Positions 9,533 to 19,201 of a stretch of DNA of 64,000 bases are shown here, piece after piece. A model generated the notes under the pieces. That model searched no databases. It saw nothing but the letters and a program-made list of their open reading frames with translations, and had not been told where the DNA came from. Positions within the stretch are counted from its first letter, which is position 1; every line of letters starts with the position of its first letter. The position numbers and the translations under genes were made by a program. This DNA is from a virus (Duplodnaviria > Caudoviricetes), in the IMG/VR virus record IMGVR_UViG_3300043642_000037, positions 92,127-156,126 of that record. The stretch is one strand, 5' to 3'.

Positions 9533-12500
9533 GGGCGGAGGGGACAAGCGCGTCCTCTTCGCCAGGCTCGATCAGATTTGGAGCGAGGTGTCGGTCGCGG
9601 ACTGGCTGCTGATGGCGGCCGAGCTGCGCCCGGAGTCGATGTTCACCAGGCACGGCCCGCACGTGAAGGGGCGATGCCCGTTTCACGACGACCCCGGCCC
9701 GTCGTTCTGCATCACGCCGGTCAGCCACCGCGGGACCGGGATCGCGAAGTGCTTCGGCTGCAATCGGCTGTTCACGGACCCCGTGAAGCTGGTGGCGGCG
9801 CTGCGCCGCTGCAACCACGGCGACGCGATCCTGTTCCTGCGGAAGCGGTTCGGCCTGAAGTCCGTGATCCCCGAGGCGCTGTTCGAGCGCGTGCGCGATC
9901 ACGAGAGGCACCAGCAGCTCAAGGGCGACATCGCGGACTTCATGTCGTCGCAGCTGCTCGAGGCGATCCGCCTGTGGCCCTCGGAGGAGGCCCTGGGCAA
10001 GGCCCAGCTTTACTGGGCGAAGCCGACCGTGGACTACCTGATGTCACGACGCCTCGGCGAGACCGCGCCGGGTGAGCTTCGCCCCGCCGGCGAGACGACG
10101 CCCGTGGGACCGGACCCGTGGGGCGTCTGGCAGGCGATCTGCGGGAGCCAGCTGGTCGGCGTGCTTCCCCCGCTCGCGTCCGTGCAGGGCCACTTCGGCG
10201 TCGACAGCGAGACGTTCAAGTTCTACTCGAGCTACTTCGACAAGTTCCTGGCCGAGGGCAACAAGTTCGTGGGCTGGGTCGTGTTCATGATGCACGACGG
10301 GCCTCGGTCGGTGTGTCGGATGAAGATCCGATCTCCGAACGACCTCAAGGAGATGTTCTTCATCGACGACGCGTACGAGGCGGAGATGGGCGGGTTCCGG
10401 GGGTTCTTCGGGCTCAACTACTACAGGACCTACATGGGCCCGAAGTCCCCGGACGACTCGTACACGCGCACCGTCCACGCCCACGAGGGCGAGTTCGACG
10501 CGCTGTCCGCGATCGCGCAGCAGATTCGTCGCGGCACCGACGACTTCGTGGCGCTCGGCCTCGGCGGCGGCAGCGCCCAGCCTCTCGATCGCCTGGTCAA
10601 CTACGGCGTGTCCCGCGTTCGGGTCGTGCCGGACGACGACGCGGGCGGCGTCGACTTCACCAAGAACTGCCTCGAACGGACGCGGACCAAGCTGATCTCG
10701 TTCCAGGTGTTCGCGTGGCCGGACGAGTACAAGACGTGGACCGACCCGACCAACCCGTCGAAGCGCATCAAGGACGCGGACGAGGCGATCAAGACTCTCG
10801 GGTACCCGCGGTGGGCTCGCGTCGTCGACGACCCGGACTGCTACTCGTCGATGCACGAGTGGTGCTTCGACCGGGTGGTCGACGACGTTCGACGGACGGC
10901 GGTTAACGACGTGCGCCAGCAGAGCCGGATCGCCCAGGAGTGGGGCCAGCTGGTCACCGATCGCCAGGAGCTGGGCCGGTTCTGCAAGGACGTCGAGCGA
11001 ACCTACGATCTCGACGCCCGCATCCTGGAGCGCGACATCTGCGCGAAGGACGAGGACGAGGAGGCGTTCATCGAGCGCCTCGGCCGCGCGCTGCTGGAGC
11101 ACTTCTACCCGGTCGGCGTGCAGAACGCCGAGGGTCGCAAGCGGCTCCTGATCCTGTGGAACAAGTCGACGCGGGCCATGGACTCGGTGGTCCTCAACGA
11201 CGAGCGCGGCGTGGAGACCCTGCTGTCCCGCTACTTCGGCGCGCTGTACGAGTTCGTGCGCGAGCACGTCGGAGACCCGTCGTTCCTCTCCATGGAGGGC
11301 GAGGAGGCCGCCCTGCCCATCCCGATCAAGATCAAGCGGTACCGCGAGTACCTCACGCTGGCGCTGCTGAGGATGGCGAGGGGCTTGCCGTCGCTCGACG
11401 TCTCCGGCAGCAAGGGGCAGGGCATCCACCTCGCGCACGTCGATGGGCCGGCGCTGCGCTCGTACCTGGTGAACGGGCGCGACGTGTTCTGCCTGCAGCA
11501 CGCGTCCGACGGCGGGTTCTCCGCGTTCCTTCTCGACGGGCCGAGCCACGAGGGCGTGGTGTTCAATACGGACGGCGTGGTCGACTCGAACCGCGGCGGC
11601 GCGTGGCTTCCGGGGCTGACCCTGGAGCAGGTCACGGCCAAGGTCGACGTCGTGGACCTCTTCGTTCGGCTGCGCGACATGATCAACGACGGATGGTCGT
11701 GGCGACACCAGGGGCTCGACGCGACCTTCCTGGCCGCGTACGTGATGTGCCTGCCCGTGATGACGGCGTTCAAGCGGCAGACCTCGATCTTCGTCACAGC
11801 CGAGTCGACGTCCGGCAAGAGTCGGTTCGTGTCGGGCTTCATCGGCGGCAGCGGGTTCTCCAGCATCAACATCGTCGCCCACGCGCTCGCGATGAGCCAG
11901 TACACGCCGGCGTCGATCCGGCAGATGCGGAACGGAAGCTCGCTGTGCCTGTGCCTAGAGGAGTTCGAGGACTACGGCAACAACGAGCGCAAGGCGGTGC
12001 AGGTCCGCGGCGTGCTGGAGATGACACGCGACCTGATCTCGGAGAACGCGGCCAACATTTCGATCGGCACGACGTCCGGCGAGGCGAAGACCTACCACCT
12101 CCGGTTCCCGATGGTGGCCGCGGCGATTCGCCCGCTGCGGGACGCAGCCTCGCTGTCGCGATTCGTGACCTTCGAGCTTGTCCACGACTCGGCTCGCGTC
12201 GATCCGGCCGTGGTGCTCATGGAGAAGTACGGCGAGGTCGGGATTCGATCAACCAGGAGGGACCTGGCCGTCGGGCTGCTTCGCCACATGGCCGAGCTTC
12301 GGTCGGTGCAGACGAAGGTCGAGAGCGAGTTCGCCTCTGGCGCCCTGCTCCCGCCGCACGCCCAGGCCCGCTTCCGGGAGGCGCTGTACCCCGTGCTGAC
12401 CATGCTGCGCTTTCTGAGCGAGGAGGCTGTGAGAACAGGCAAGAAGGCAGACCTGATACCCGACCACAAGCGATTCGCGACCGAGTTCTCGAATTCGAGG

Positions 12501-13043
12501 CGAGACCAGCTGACTCGGCTCAAGGCGACCTCGGAGAACGAGCAAATCTTCGAGACGATCCTCGGGTCGGTGATCCATCTGCAGAGCGACCGGAGCAGCG
12601 AGAGGATCAGCAACGGCACCACGATCCGGATCATGCTGGCCAGCCTCAACGAGCTGGACGACATCAACAAGACCAAGCAGGGAGTCTACCTCGACATCAA
12701 GATGGAGTGGCTGATCGTCAACTGGGTCGAGGCCCAGCAGGGCGTGCTCTCCAACACCCGGTACAAGCAGGACAGCCCGACGTTCCTCAAGCAGGTCTCG
12801 GAGCGGTCGCCGCACCACGTGGCCCAAGACCAGGTTCGCGACAGCCGAACACTGGAGCGCCTGGTCGACGTGATGGGCCCGTGCCAGAAGCTGGATTTGA
12901 TCACGGCGTTCTCGATTCGTCACCTGCTGGACGCCGTCCGCAAGCGCAACGCGGACGCGTTCGCCCCGATGGCGGCCGGCGTCGCGCAACCCGACCTCGG
13001 CGCCGACGAGGCGCCGCAGCAGTCCGAAGACTTCATCGCATAG
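9516..13043 (+). CDS. DNA primase (CHC2 Zn finger + TOPRIM) fused to a C-terminal P-loop ATPase/helicase-like domain
   Basis: CPFHDD..SF..CFGC; EGEFDALS; DDDAGG; KDADE; Walker A-like AESTSGKS and Walker B-like LCLEEFE. GTG start at 9516 follows AGGAG. Confidence 0.85.
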   Translation: MAKRAKGGGDKRVLFARLDQIWSEVSVADWLLMAAELRPESMFTRHGPHVKGRCPFHDDPGPSFCITPVSHRGTGIAKCFGCNRLFTDPVKLVAALRRCNHGDAILFLRKRFGLKSVIPEALFERVRDHERHQQLKGDIADFMSSQLLEAIRLWPSEEALGKAQLYWAKPTVDYLMSRRLGETAPGELRPAGETTPVGPDPWGVWQAICGSQLVGVLPPLASVQGHFGVDSETFKFYSSYFDKFLAEGNKFVGWVVFMMHDGPRSVCRMKIRSPNDLKEMFFIDDAYEAEMGGFRGFFGLNYYRTYMGPKSPDDSYTRTVHAHEGEFDALSAIAQQIRRGTDDFVALGLGGGSAQPLDRLVNYGVSRVRVVPDDDAGGVDFTKNCLERTRTKLISFQVFAWPDEYKTWTDPTNPSKRIKDADEAIKTLGYPRWARVVDDPDCYSSMHEWCFDRVVDDVRRTAVNDVRQQSRIAQEWGQLVTDRQELGRFCKDVERTYDLDARILERDICAKDEDEEAFIERLGRALLEHFYPVGVQNAEGRKRLLILWNKSTRAMDSVVLNDERGVETLLSRYFGALYEFVREHVGDPSFLSMEGEEAALPIPIKIKRYREYLTLALLRMARGLPSLDVSGSKGQGIHLAHVDGPALRSYLVNGRDVFCLQHASDGGFSAFLLDGPSHEGVVFNTDGVVDSNRGGAWLPGLTLEQVTAKVDVVDLFVRLRDMINDGWSWRHQGLDATFLAAYVMCLPVMTAFKRQTSIFVTAESTSGKSRFVSGFIGGSGFSSINIVAHALAMSQYTPASIRQMRNGSSLCLCLEEFEDYGNNERKAVQVRGVLEMTRDLISENAANISIGTTSGEAKTYHLRFPMVAAAIRPLRDAASLSRFVTFELVHDSARVDPAVVLMEKYGEVGIRSTRRDLAVGLLRHMAELRSVQTKVESEFASGALLPPHAQARFREALYPVLTMLRFLSEEAVRTGKKADLIPDHKRFATEFSNSRRDQLTRLKATSENEQIFETILGSVIHLQSDRSSERISNGTTIRIMLASLNELDDINKTKQGVYLDIKMEWLIVNWVEAQQGVLSNTRYKQDSPTFLKQVSERSPHHVAQDQVRDSRTLERLVDVMGPCQKLDLITAFSIRHLLDAVRKRNADAFAPMAAGVAQPDLGADEAPQQSEDFIA

Positions 13044-13052
13044 GAGCCCAAG

Positions 13053-16000
13053 ATGGCCGCTTCCAAGAAGGTGAAGCTTCCCGTAGTCGCGGATCACGGT
13101 CCCGAGGACGTCGACCCCGAGAACCAGTCGCCGCGCAAGGGCATCGTGTGCCAGGGCTGCGATCTGGAGAACAAGAGTCGGGTGCCCGGGGCGGGCGCGC
13201 ACGGCGAGGTCGACGTGATGTTCGTGTCGGAGTCGCCGTCGTCGTGGTCCACGAACAACCACCAGGTGTTCTACGGGCGCGGCGGCCGGATCATCCGACA
13301 GGCGTGGAAGGAGCTGACCGAGCTGGACAACCGGACCGGCGGCAGCCTCGGGATGCGGCGACTCCGGAAGTGGGACACCTACGCGGTACAGTGCCAGGTC
13401 GAGGAGGGCAGGGACCAGACCGCGAAGATCAACAAGTCGACGCTCGACAGGTGCTCGCACTACCTGAGAGCGGCGATCGCGCACAAGAAGCCCAAGATCA
13501 TCGTGCCCCTTGGCGCAACCGCGATGAGGGCCCTGGGGTACAAGACCGAGAAGTTCGGCGAGGCCCGCGGCCGCGTGCTTCGCCACGAGATCGACGGCCA
13601 GGAGGTCCTGATCCTGCCGACGTTCGGCAGCAAGCAGCTGCTGGTCAAGACCGGCCTGTACCCGCTGTTCTACAACGACCTGATCAAGGCCGTGAAGATC
13701 GCTTCCGGGGTCGAGGCCGCGGCGGCGCAGATCACGCTCGAGGAGCTGTCGCGGGACTACGTGATGCCGAAGACGGTCGCCGAGGTGAAGGACCTCTGCG
13801 ATCACATCATCGAGTACGTCATTCCCGGCGCGCCCTCCGCGTCGAAGTGCGCGCTGGCGGTCGACACCGAGACCAACACGCTGAACCCGCACCGGATCGA
13901 CGCGAAGGTCCTGTGCGTGTCGTTCGCGTGGGACAGCGGGCGGGCCACCGCGATCCCGCTGTGGCATCCGATGGCCCCCTGGTCACCGGAGGAGCTGACG
14001 GAGGTCGTTGGCCACGTTCAGCGGGTTCTCGAGTGCCCCAAGCCGAAGGTGTTCCACAACGGCGGGTTCGACCTCCGCATGCTGGAGCTTCGCCACGGGC
14101 TCCGCGTGGCTAACGTCGCGTGGGACACGCTGCTCGGCGAGCACCTCCTGCGCGAGGACATGAGCGGCGCGTACTCGCTCAAGGTCCTCGGACGGAGCTA
14201 CTTCCCGCAGTTCGCGAACTACGCCGACAAGGTCGGCGAGCTGGCGGCGAAGCTAACCGTCGAGGAGGAGGGTGTCTCCAAGCTCCTCAAGGACATCCGG
14301 AAGCGCAAGATCAAGTCCCCGGGCTTCGACGAGGGGATGTCGATTGAGATGAGCAAGTCCGAGCTGGAGGCGTACCTCTACGGGGACAAGAAGCACCGAA
14401 AGAAGCAGGCGAACGACAACGGGTACTCACGCGTCCCGCTCGACATCCTGCTGCCGTACGCCGCGGTCGACACCGACCTGACGCGCAGGCTGCTGCGCAA
14501 CCAGACTGCCCGCGTCAACGAGGAGGGCTGCAGGGGCGCGCTGTCTCTGATGCGCACGCACTGCATCCCGGGGTCCCGGGTGCTGGGGAAGATGGAGTTC
14601 GACGGGTTCCCGGTCGATCGGAACTACCTCGACCACCTCGAGACCCAGCTCGGTCGAATCGTCGACGAGAAGATGTCCGAGCTGCAGCGCCTGTGGACAT
14701 CGACCACGCGGTTCTACCCGGACAAGAGGAGCGAAGAGTTCAACCCGAACTCGACGCAGCAGGTCGCGTGGCTACTGTTCACCGCCGGCGTCATGGACCC
14801 GGACAACCCGGTTCCCGACGTCAACGGGGCGCCCAGGCCCGCGACCCGGCAGGGTCCGTGGTGCGAGATCAACAAGAAGAGTCAGCAGTTCAAAGTCGAC
14901 AAGAAGACCCTGAAGGCGATCGCCGAGAAGACGAAGTGCCCGTTCGCCAAGACGCTGCTCGAGTACCGGGCCGCGCACAAGGCGCTCACGGGCTTCATCG
15001 TCGAGATCCGCGTGCTCTCCGAGTACGATGGCCGGCTGCACACGTCGTTCCTGCAGCATGGCACGTCGACGGGGCGGCTCGCGAGCCGCAACCTGAACAT
15101 GCAGAACCTCCCGGTCAAGTCGATCGCCGGGCTGAACATCAAGAAGCTGTTCATCCCCGACGACCCGGAGGAGGAGGTGATCTTCAACGTTGACTGGAAG
15201 GGCGCCGAGATCCGGGTATTTACGGCGTACGCCCGCGACGAGCAGCTCGAGAAGGCGATCAACGACGGTCTCGACGTCCACAGCTGGTTCACGCAGGAAA
15301 TCTTCGGCATCCCGTACGACGAGGTCGAGCGCGGCAAGGAGGACGTCCACAAGGAGGTCCGGACCACCGTGAAGCGTGTTGTGTTCGGCATCCTGTACGG
15401 TGCGATGGCGAAGAAAATCGCGGAGACGGCCGGCATCTCCGAGGAGCGAGCCCAGGAGGTCATCGACAAACTGTTCGCCCGGTTCCCCAGCCTCAAGGGG
15501 TACATGGACGAGGTCGTCGCGTCGATCCACAAGCACGGATTCGTCGAGACGTTCTTCGGCCGGCGCCGGCGCTTCCCACTCGTCAGGGTCAACCGTTTCT
15601 TCGCCGGGCAGGCCGAGCGCCGCGGCAAGAATATGAAGATCCAGTCGACCAGCTCCGACATCGTGATCGGCCAGCTGATCGAGATCGCGGAGCACATTCA
15701 CGAGCTGGGCGGGCGGCTCTGCATCACGGTGCACGACTCGATCGTCGGCACCATCAAGAAGAAGTACCTGCACCTCGCCGAGGCGTTCTTCCAAAAGTAC
15801 TGCGTGGACCGCGTCAGCGAGAAGTACCCCTGGCTGCCCGTCGCGTTCGCGTGCGACCTGACCGTGGGCCCGAGCTACGGAGAGGCCAAGTCGACTATCC
15901 AAGAGTACATCGCGAAGAACGCGCCGACCCCGGCCACGCCGGAGCAGGAGTTCTTCGCCGAGATCGACGAGGAGGCGCTCATCGAGCTGCGTGAAGACGA

Positions 16001-16061
16001 GGACGAGGCCAGGGAGCGGGAGCAAATCGAGGAGGCCCTCGGGGCCAAGGCTGCATCATGA
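13053..16061 (+). CDS. polA: Family A DNA polymerase with N-terminal UDG family-4-like domain and 3'-5' exonuclease
   Basis: UDG-like CQGC..VPGAG..FVSESPS..AVQC..RC..KPKIIVPLGATA; exo DTET/HNGGFD/YAAVD; pol TGRLASRNLNMQNLP, DWKGAEIR, RTTVKRVVFGILYG, VHDS. Confidence 0.95.
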   Translation: MAASKKVKLPVVADHGPEDVDPENQSPRKGIVCQGCDLENKSRVPGAGAHGEVDVMFVSESPSSWSTNNHQVFYGRGGRIIRQAWKELTELDNRTGGSLGMRRLRKWDTYAVQCQVEEGRDQTAKINKSTLDRCSHYLRAAIAHKKPKIIVPLGATAMRALGYKTEKFGEARGRVLRHEIDGQEVLILPTFGSKQLLVKTGLYPLFYNDLIKAVKIASGVEAAAAQITLEELSRDYVMPKTVAEVKDLCDHIIEYVIPGAPSASKCALAVDTETNTLNPHRIDAKVLCVSFAWDSGRATAIPLWHPMAPWSPEELTEVVGHVQRVLECPKPKVFHNGGFDLRMLELRHGLRVANVAWDTLLGEHLLREDMSGAYSLKVLGRSYFPQFANYADKVGELAAKLTVEEEGVSKLLKDIRKRKIKSPGFDEGMSIEMSKSELEAYLYGDKKHRKKQANDNGYSRVPLDILLPYAAVDTDLTRRLLRNQTARVNEEGCRGALSLMRTHCIPGSRVLGKMEFDGFPVDRNYLDHLETQLGRIVDEKMSELQRLWTSTTRFYPDKRSEEFNPNSTQQVAWLLFTAGVMDPDNPVPDVNGAPRPATRQGPWCEINKKSQQFKVDKKTLKAIAEKTKCPFAKTLLEYRAAHKALTGFIVEIRVLSEYDGRLHTSFLQHGTSTGRLASRNLNMQNLPVKSIAGLNIKKLFIPDDPEEEVIFNVDWKGAEIRVFTAYARDEQLEKAINDGLDVHSWFTQEIFGIPYDEVERGKEDVHKEVRTTVKRVVFGILYGAMAKKIAETAGISEERAQEVIDKLFARFPSLKGYMDEVVASIHKHGFVETFFGRRRRFPLVRVNRFFAGQAERRGKNMKIQSTSSDIVIGQLIEIAEHIHELGGRLCITVHDSIVGTIKKKYLHLAEAFFQKYCVDRVSEKYPWLPVAFACDLTVGPSYGEAKSTIQEYIAKNAPTPATPEQEFFAEIDEEALIELREDEDEAREREQIEEALGAKAAS

Positions 16062-16696
16062 CCGATCAACACGACGTTCACGCCCCCACACCGTGGCGGG
16101 CACAACGAGTCAAGAGGAACGCAATGAAGAAGCAAGCACAGAAGACGGTGAAGACCAAGGCCAAGCCTGCGGAGGTTGCGTGGCACGTGCGGGCGCAGGC
16201 CCTGCCCCTCGCGCTGTTCCACACCACGATAGGCCCGATCATCGGGCACGTGGAGAAGGCAGTCGAGCCGGGCGCTGGCTCGTTCAATATCCGGCTGTGG
16301 GCGCCGGCGGCAATTCGCATGGGCTACCAGCCCGAGCGGTCTGGGGCGTTCGTCGCCCGGTACTCGGTGACGTTCCAGCCCATCGCTCTGATCGAGACGT
16401 ATCTCGACCTCTCGGCCGAGACCCCGTTCGGTCGGTCTCCCGTCCCGCAAGCCCTCGTCCCGGCGTACGAGGACTATTTCGCGAAGGTCGCGGCCGGCGA
16501 GTACTCGTTGCGATCGACGGCTCACGTCGAGCAGGCCATGCCGCACCGAACACCTGTTGGCGGTGAAACTGATCAGCCCTCTGACGAAAACCGGGCGGAC
16601 GTGGCCGCGAGGGGATTGCCTTCGGAAGAATCACCACAAACCGAAGCAGACGCCGATAACTCGGACGTCGCTCCGGACGAAAGCCCGCTGTCGTAG
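16058..16696 (+). CDS. hypothetical protein
   Basis: ATGA overlap with polA; acidic C-terminal tail. Confidence 0.65.
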   Translation: MTDQHDVHAPTPWRAQRVKRNAMKKQAQKTVKTKAKPAEVAWHVRAQALPLALFHTTIGPIIGHVEKAVEPGAGSFNIRLWAPAAIRMGYQPERSGAFVARYSVTFQPIALIETYLDLSAETPFGRSPVPQALVPAYEDYFAKVAAGEYSLRSTAHVEQAMPHRTPVGGETDQPSDENRADVAARGLPSEESPQTEADADNSDVAPDESPLS

Positions 16697-16711
16697 TCGA
16701 ACCAGACCTGT

Positions 16712-16728
16712 TGCTTACAGTATAAGCG
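16712..16728. promoter_or_regulatory. Palindromic site TGCTTA-N5-TAAGCG (copy 2)
   Basis: TGCTTA cagta TAAGCG upstream of the exonuclease; the symmetric T>C / A>G pair keeps the dyad intact. Confidence 0.5.
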
Positions 16729-16746
16729 ATAGTCGAAGGAGCATCC

Positions 16747-17337
16747 ATGTCCATTCGACCATCGCTTCCCCACGTGAAGGACGCCAACATCCTGTTCCTG
16801 GACACCGAGACCGGAGGGTTCTCGGCGTCCAGGACGGACATCATCGAGATCGGCTGCGTGCTGACGGACCCCTCGGGCCGCGAGGTGATCGAGGAGTGGG
16901 AGACGCTCGTCGTCCCCACGCGACCCGTGGAGCCGGACGCCGCGCGGATCAACGGCTACAACGCCGAGAAGTGGGCCGCCGAGGGCGTGCCGTTGGCGAC
17001 TGCAATGGTCAAGGTGCTCGGAATGGCCCGCGGCGCGGTGATGTGCTGCCACAACGCGCCGTTCGACAAAGCGTTTGTTGAAGCAGCGCTAGCAATTTGC
17101 CGACAGCGATGGACGGGGCGATACCACACGCTCTGCACGGTCTCGATCGCGCAGCCGTTCCTGCGACGCGGCCTGGTCAACGACGTCAAGCTCGAGACCT
17201 TGGCGCGCTATTTCGGCGTCGAGCACAACGACGCGCACCGGGCGCTCCCGGACGCGAAGACCTGCCGCGCGGTGTACCTCGCGATGCAGGACATTCTCGA
17301 GCCTGCGATCGATGCGTACGCCGCGTCCCGTTCCTGA
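16747..17337 (+). CDS. DEDDh 3'-5' exonuclease (DnaQ/epsilon-like)
   Basis: LDTETGG, HNAPFD, HRALPDA. Confidence 0.92.
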   Translation: MSIRPSLPHVKDANILFLDTETGGFSASRTDIIEIGCVLTDPSGREVIEEWETLVVPTRPVEPDAARINGYNAEKWAAEGVPLATAMVKVLGMARGAVMCCHNAPFDKAFVEAALAICRQRWTGRYHTLCTVSIAQPFLRRGLVNDVKLETLARYFGVEHNDAHRALPDAKTCRAVYLAMQDILEPAIDAYAASRS

Positions 17338-17346
17338 AAGGAAAAC

Positions 17347-17535
17347 ATGAACCCGTTCTCGTGGTGGAGGATGCTGTATTGGCGGTTTCGCTGGTACGTG
17401 TTTCCTCGTCGAAGATACGACACGAAGTGCCAGTACTGCACCGTGACGACCGGCCGTACGATGCACGCGTGGGCGACCGAGGATATCTGCAACACGTGTG
17501 CAACGCGGCACATGTATTGTGAACAACCTCAGTAG
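17347..17535 (+). CDS. small Cys/Trp-rich hypothetical protein
   Basis: AAGGA RBS; CQYC and CNTC motifs. Confidence 0.5.
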   Translation: MNPFSWWRMLYWRFRWYVFPRRRYDTKCQYCTVTTGRTMHAWATEDICNTCATRHMYCEQPQ

Positions 17536-19151
17536 AAGACCAGGTCCTTGCACAGCAATCGCCACGCAAACCAGCCGAAAAGTTGTGCGTGAAGCGAATC
17601 ATCAGGGACATTGGGCGGGTGCTGCCAGACCTTGTGACCTGCGCGCGTCACGTTCTCGTACACACTGAGGATGTCGTCGATCGCCGGCTTCATCTGCGCC
17701 TTGTTCACGTAGATCGCCTGCTTGAGCATTAGGAAGCGGGCGAAGTTGTCGATCATCGTCGTGCGATCGACGTGGTAGGCCTGCTTGTCTGGCCGCCAGT
17801 CGAGGGGCTTGCTGAGGTGCATGTAGCGAATCTGCATGACTCGATGCTCGCCGAGCTTCTGCCGCAAGATCGAGTTTGCAAGGGCGCCCTCGCCCTCGTC
17901 GCCGGCGATCATCTGGACGCCCCATGCGTTGCACAGCTCGACGATTTCGTCGACCCAGCCCGTCGCGTGAGCGTTGGGGAAGACCTTATAGAACAACGTC
18001 CTGAGCCGACCGTCCTCCGTCTGACCCCAGATGTGGAGGACGGTTCTCGACTTGAACAGGCCTTCGCTACCCTTCACCTCGCCGCCGCCGCCCGACCAGT
18101 CGACGCCCGAGGCCACCCTGACGATTCCATCCTTGGATCGCGGCATCGGAAGGCGCGTCATGGTGCGCCGCTCGTCACACAGGCCCTCGAGGATCTCCTT
18201 GGTCAGGAGCTTCACGCCCGTCGAGGTGCTGACGGCGATGCACTCGTTGAGGAACTTGGTCTCGCCGTACGACTCCATCTTCCCGAGCATCTCGTCCCAG
18301 TGCTTGACCGCCTTGGCATGCATCGGGCTCGACGTTGGCCAGGCCGCCGGCACGTTACGCGGCATCATCGGCTGGCTGACGTGGAAGCCCTTGATCGTCT
18401 TTCCCGAGCAGAGGTCGATCCAGCGTCCGTCCCTCGGGTTGAGGTTCTTGCCGCACGCGAGGCAGATCGGGCCGTGCTTGCCGAGCGCCTTGACGCCGTC
18501 GATGTACGTGAACTTCGCGCAGCCCGTGCACCGCATGCACCACTCGGTCTGCGACGACCACTGCCACAGCAGCTCGATGGTGTTCTCGCTCGTCTTGGGC
18601 GTGCCCGCGTACATCGAGAACGGGCCGAACTTCGAGTTGCCCATCGACTCCTCGATGACGGGGATGACCTCGTCGTAGAGGATGTCCTGGACCTCGTCGA
18701 ACGCGGTGCGATCGGCCGAGATGCCGCGCGTCCGATCCGGATCGTCCCAGGCGTAGCTGAACGCCATCTCCGAGCCGTTTCGCAGCATCCGATGGAGGAC
18801 GTTGTCGACGGACTCCGGGCTCACGAACGTGCGCTTCAGGTCTGGGCTGTAGGACAGGATCTTGCCGATTCTCGAGTTCGAGAACTTGCAGGTCTGCTCC
18901 TTGCTGGGGCTGATGTAGTAGCACTTGAAGTGCGGGGTGCCGACGCACTCCGCGATCATGAAGCACGCGATGGCGGTGCTCTTCGCGGTCTGCCTTGCCA
19001 TCTTGAGCAGGAGCTTCGCGTAGTCGCCGTCATATATCGCCAGGTGCGTCGGGTAGTCCTCGAGGCTGAACGGGCTGCCCTCGACGTGGAACAGCGCCTG
19101 CGCGATGTCCGACCTATACCCGCTGATAACTTCCCCGGCGACCGCGGTCAC
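17529..19151 (-). CDS. terL: Terminase large subunit, GpA family
   Basis: ARQTAKST Walker A, FDEVQD Walker B, GTP coupling motif, CTGC/CLAC Zn finger, GFHVSQ, nuclease GVDW. Confidence 0.88.
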   Translation of the reverse strand: MTAVAGEVISGYRSDIAQALFHVEGSPFSLEDYPTHLAIYDGDYAKLLLKMARQTAKSTAIACFMIAECVGTPHFKCYYISPSKEQTCKFSNSRIGKILSYSPDLKRTFVSPESVDNVLHRMLRNGSEMAFSYAWDDPDRTRGISADRTAFDEVQDILYDEVIPVIEESMGNSKFGPFSMYAGTPKTSENTIELLWQWSSQTEWCMRCTGCAKFTYIDGVKALGKHGPICLACGKNLNPRDGRWIDLCSGKTIKGFHVSQPMMPRNVPAAWPTSSPMHAKAVKHWDEMLGKMESYGETKFLNECIAVSTSTGVKLLTKEILEGLCDERRTMTRLPMPRSKDGIVRVASGVDWSGGGGEVKGSEGLFKSRTVLHIWGQTEDGRLRTLFYKVFPNAHATGWVDEIVELCNAWGVQMIAGDEGEGALANSILRQKLGEHRVMQIRYMHLSKPLDWRPDKQAYHVDRTTMIDNFARFLMLKQAIYVNKAQMKPAIDDILSVYENVTRAGHKVWQHPPNVPDDSLHAQLFGWFAWRLLCKDLVFY

Positions 19152-19201
19152 GCGTCACCGCCGATCGTAGAACCGAAACAACGCACAACAGGAGAGTCTA
19201 C

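Noticed and set aside
10940-14113. 1057-aa Arg/Gly/Pro-rich + strand ORF
   Set aside because: Off-frame shadow of the primase and polA genes
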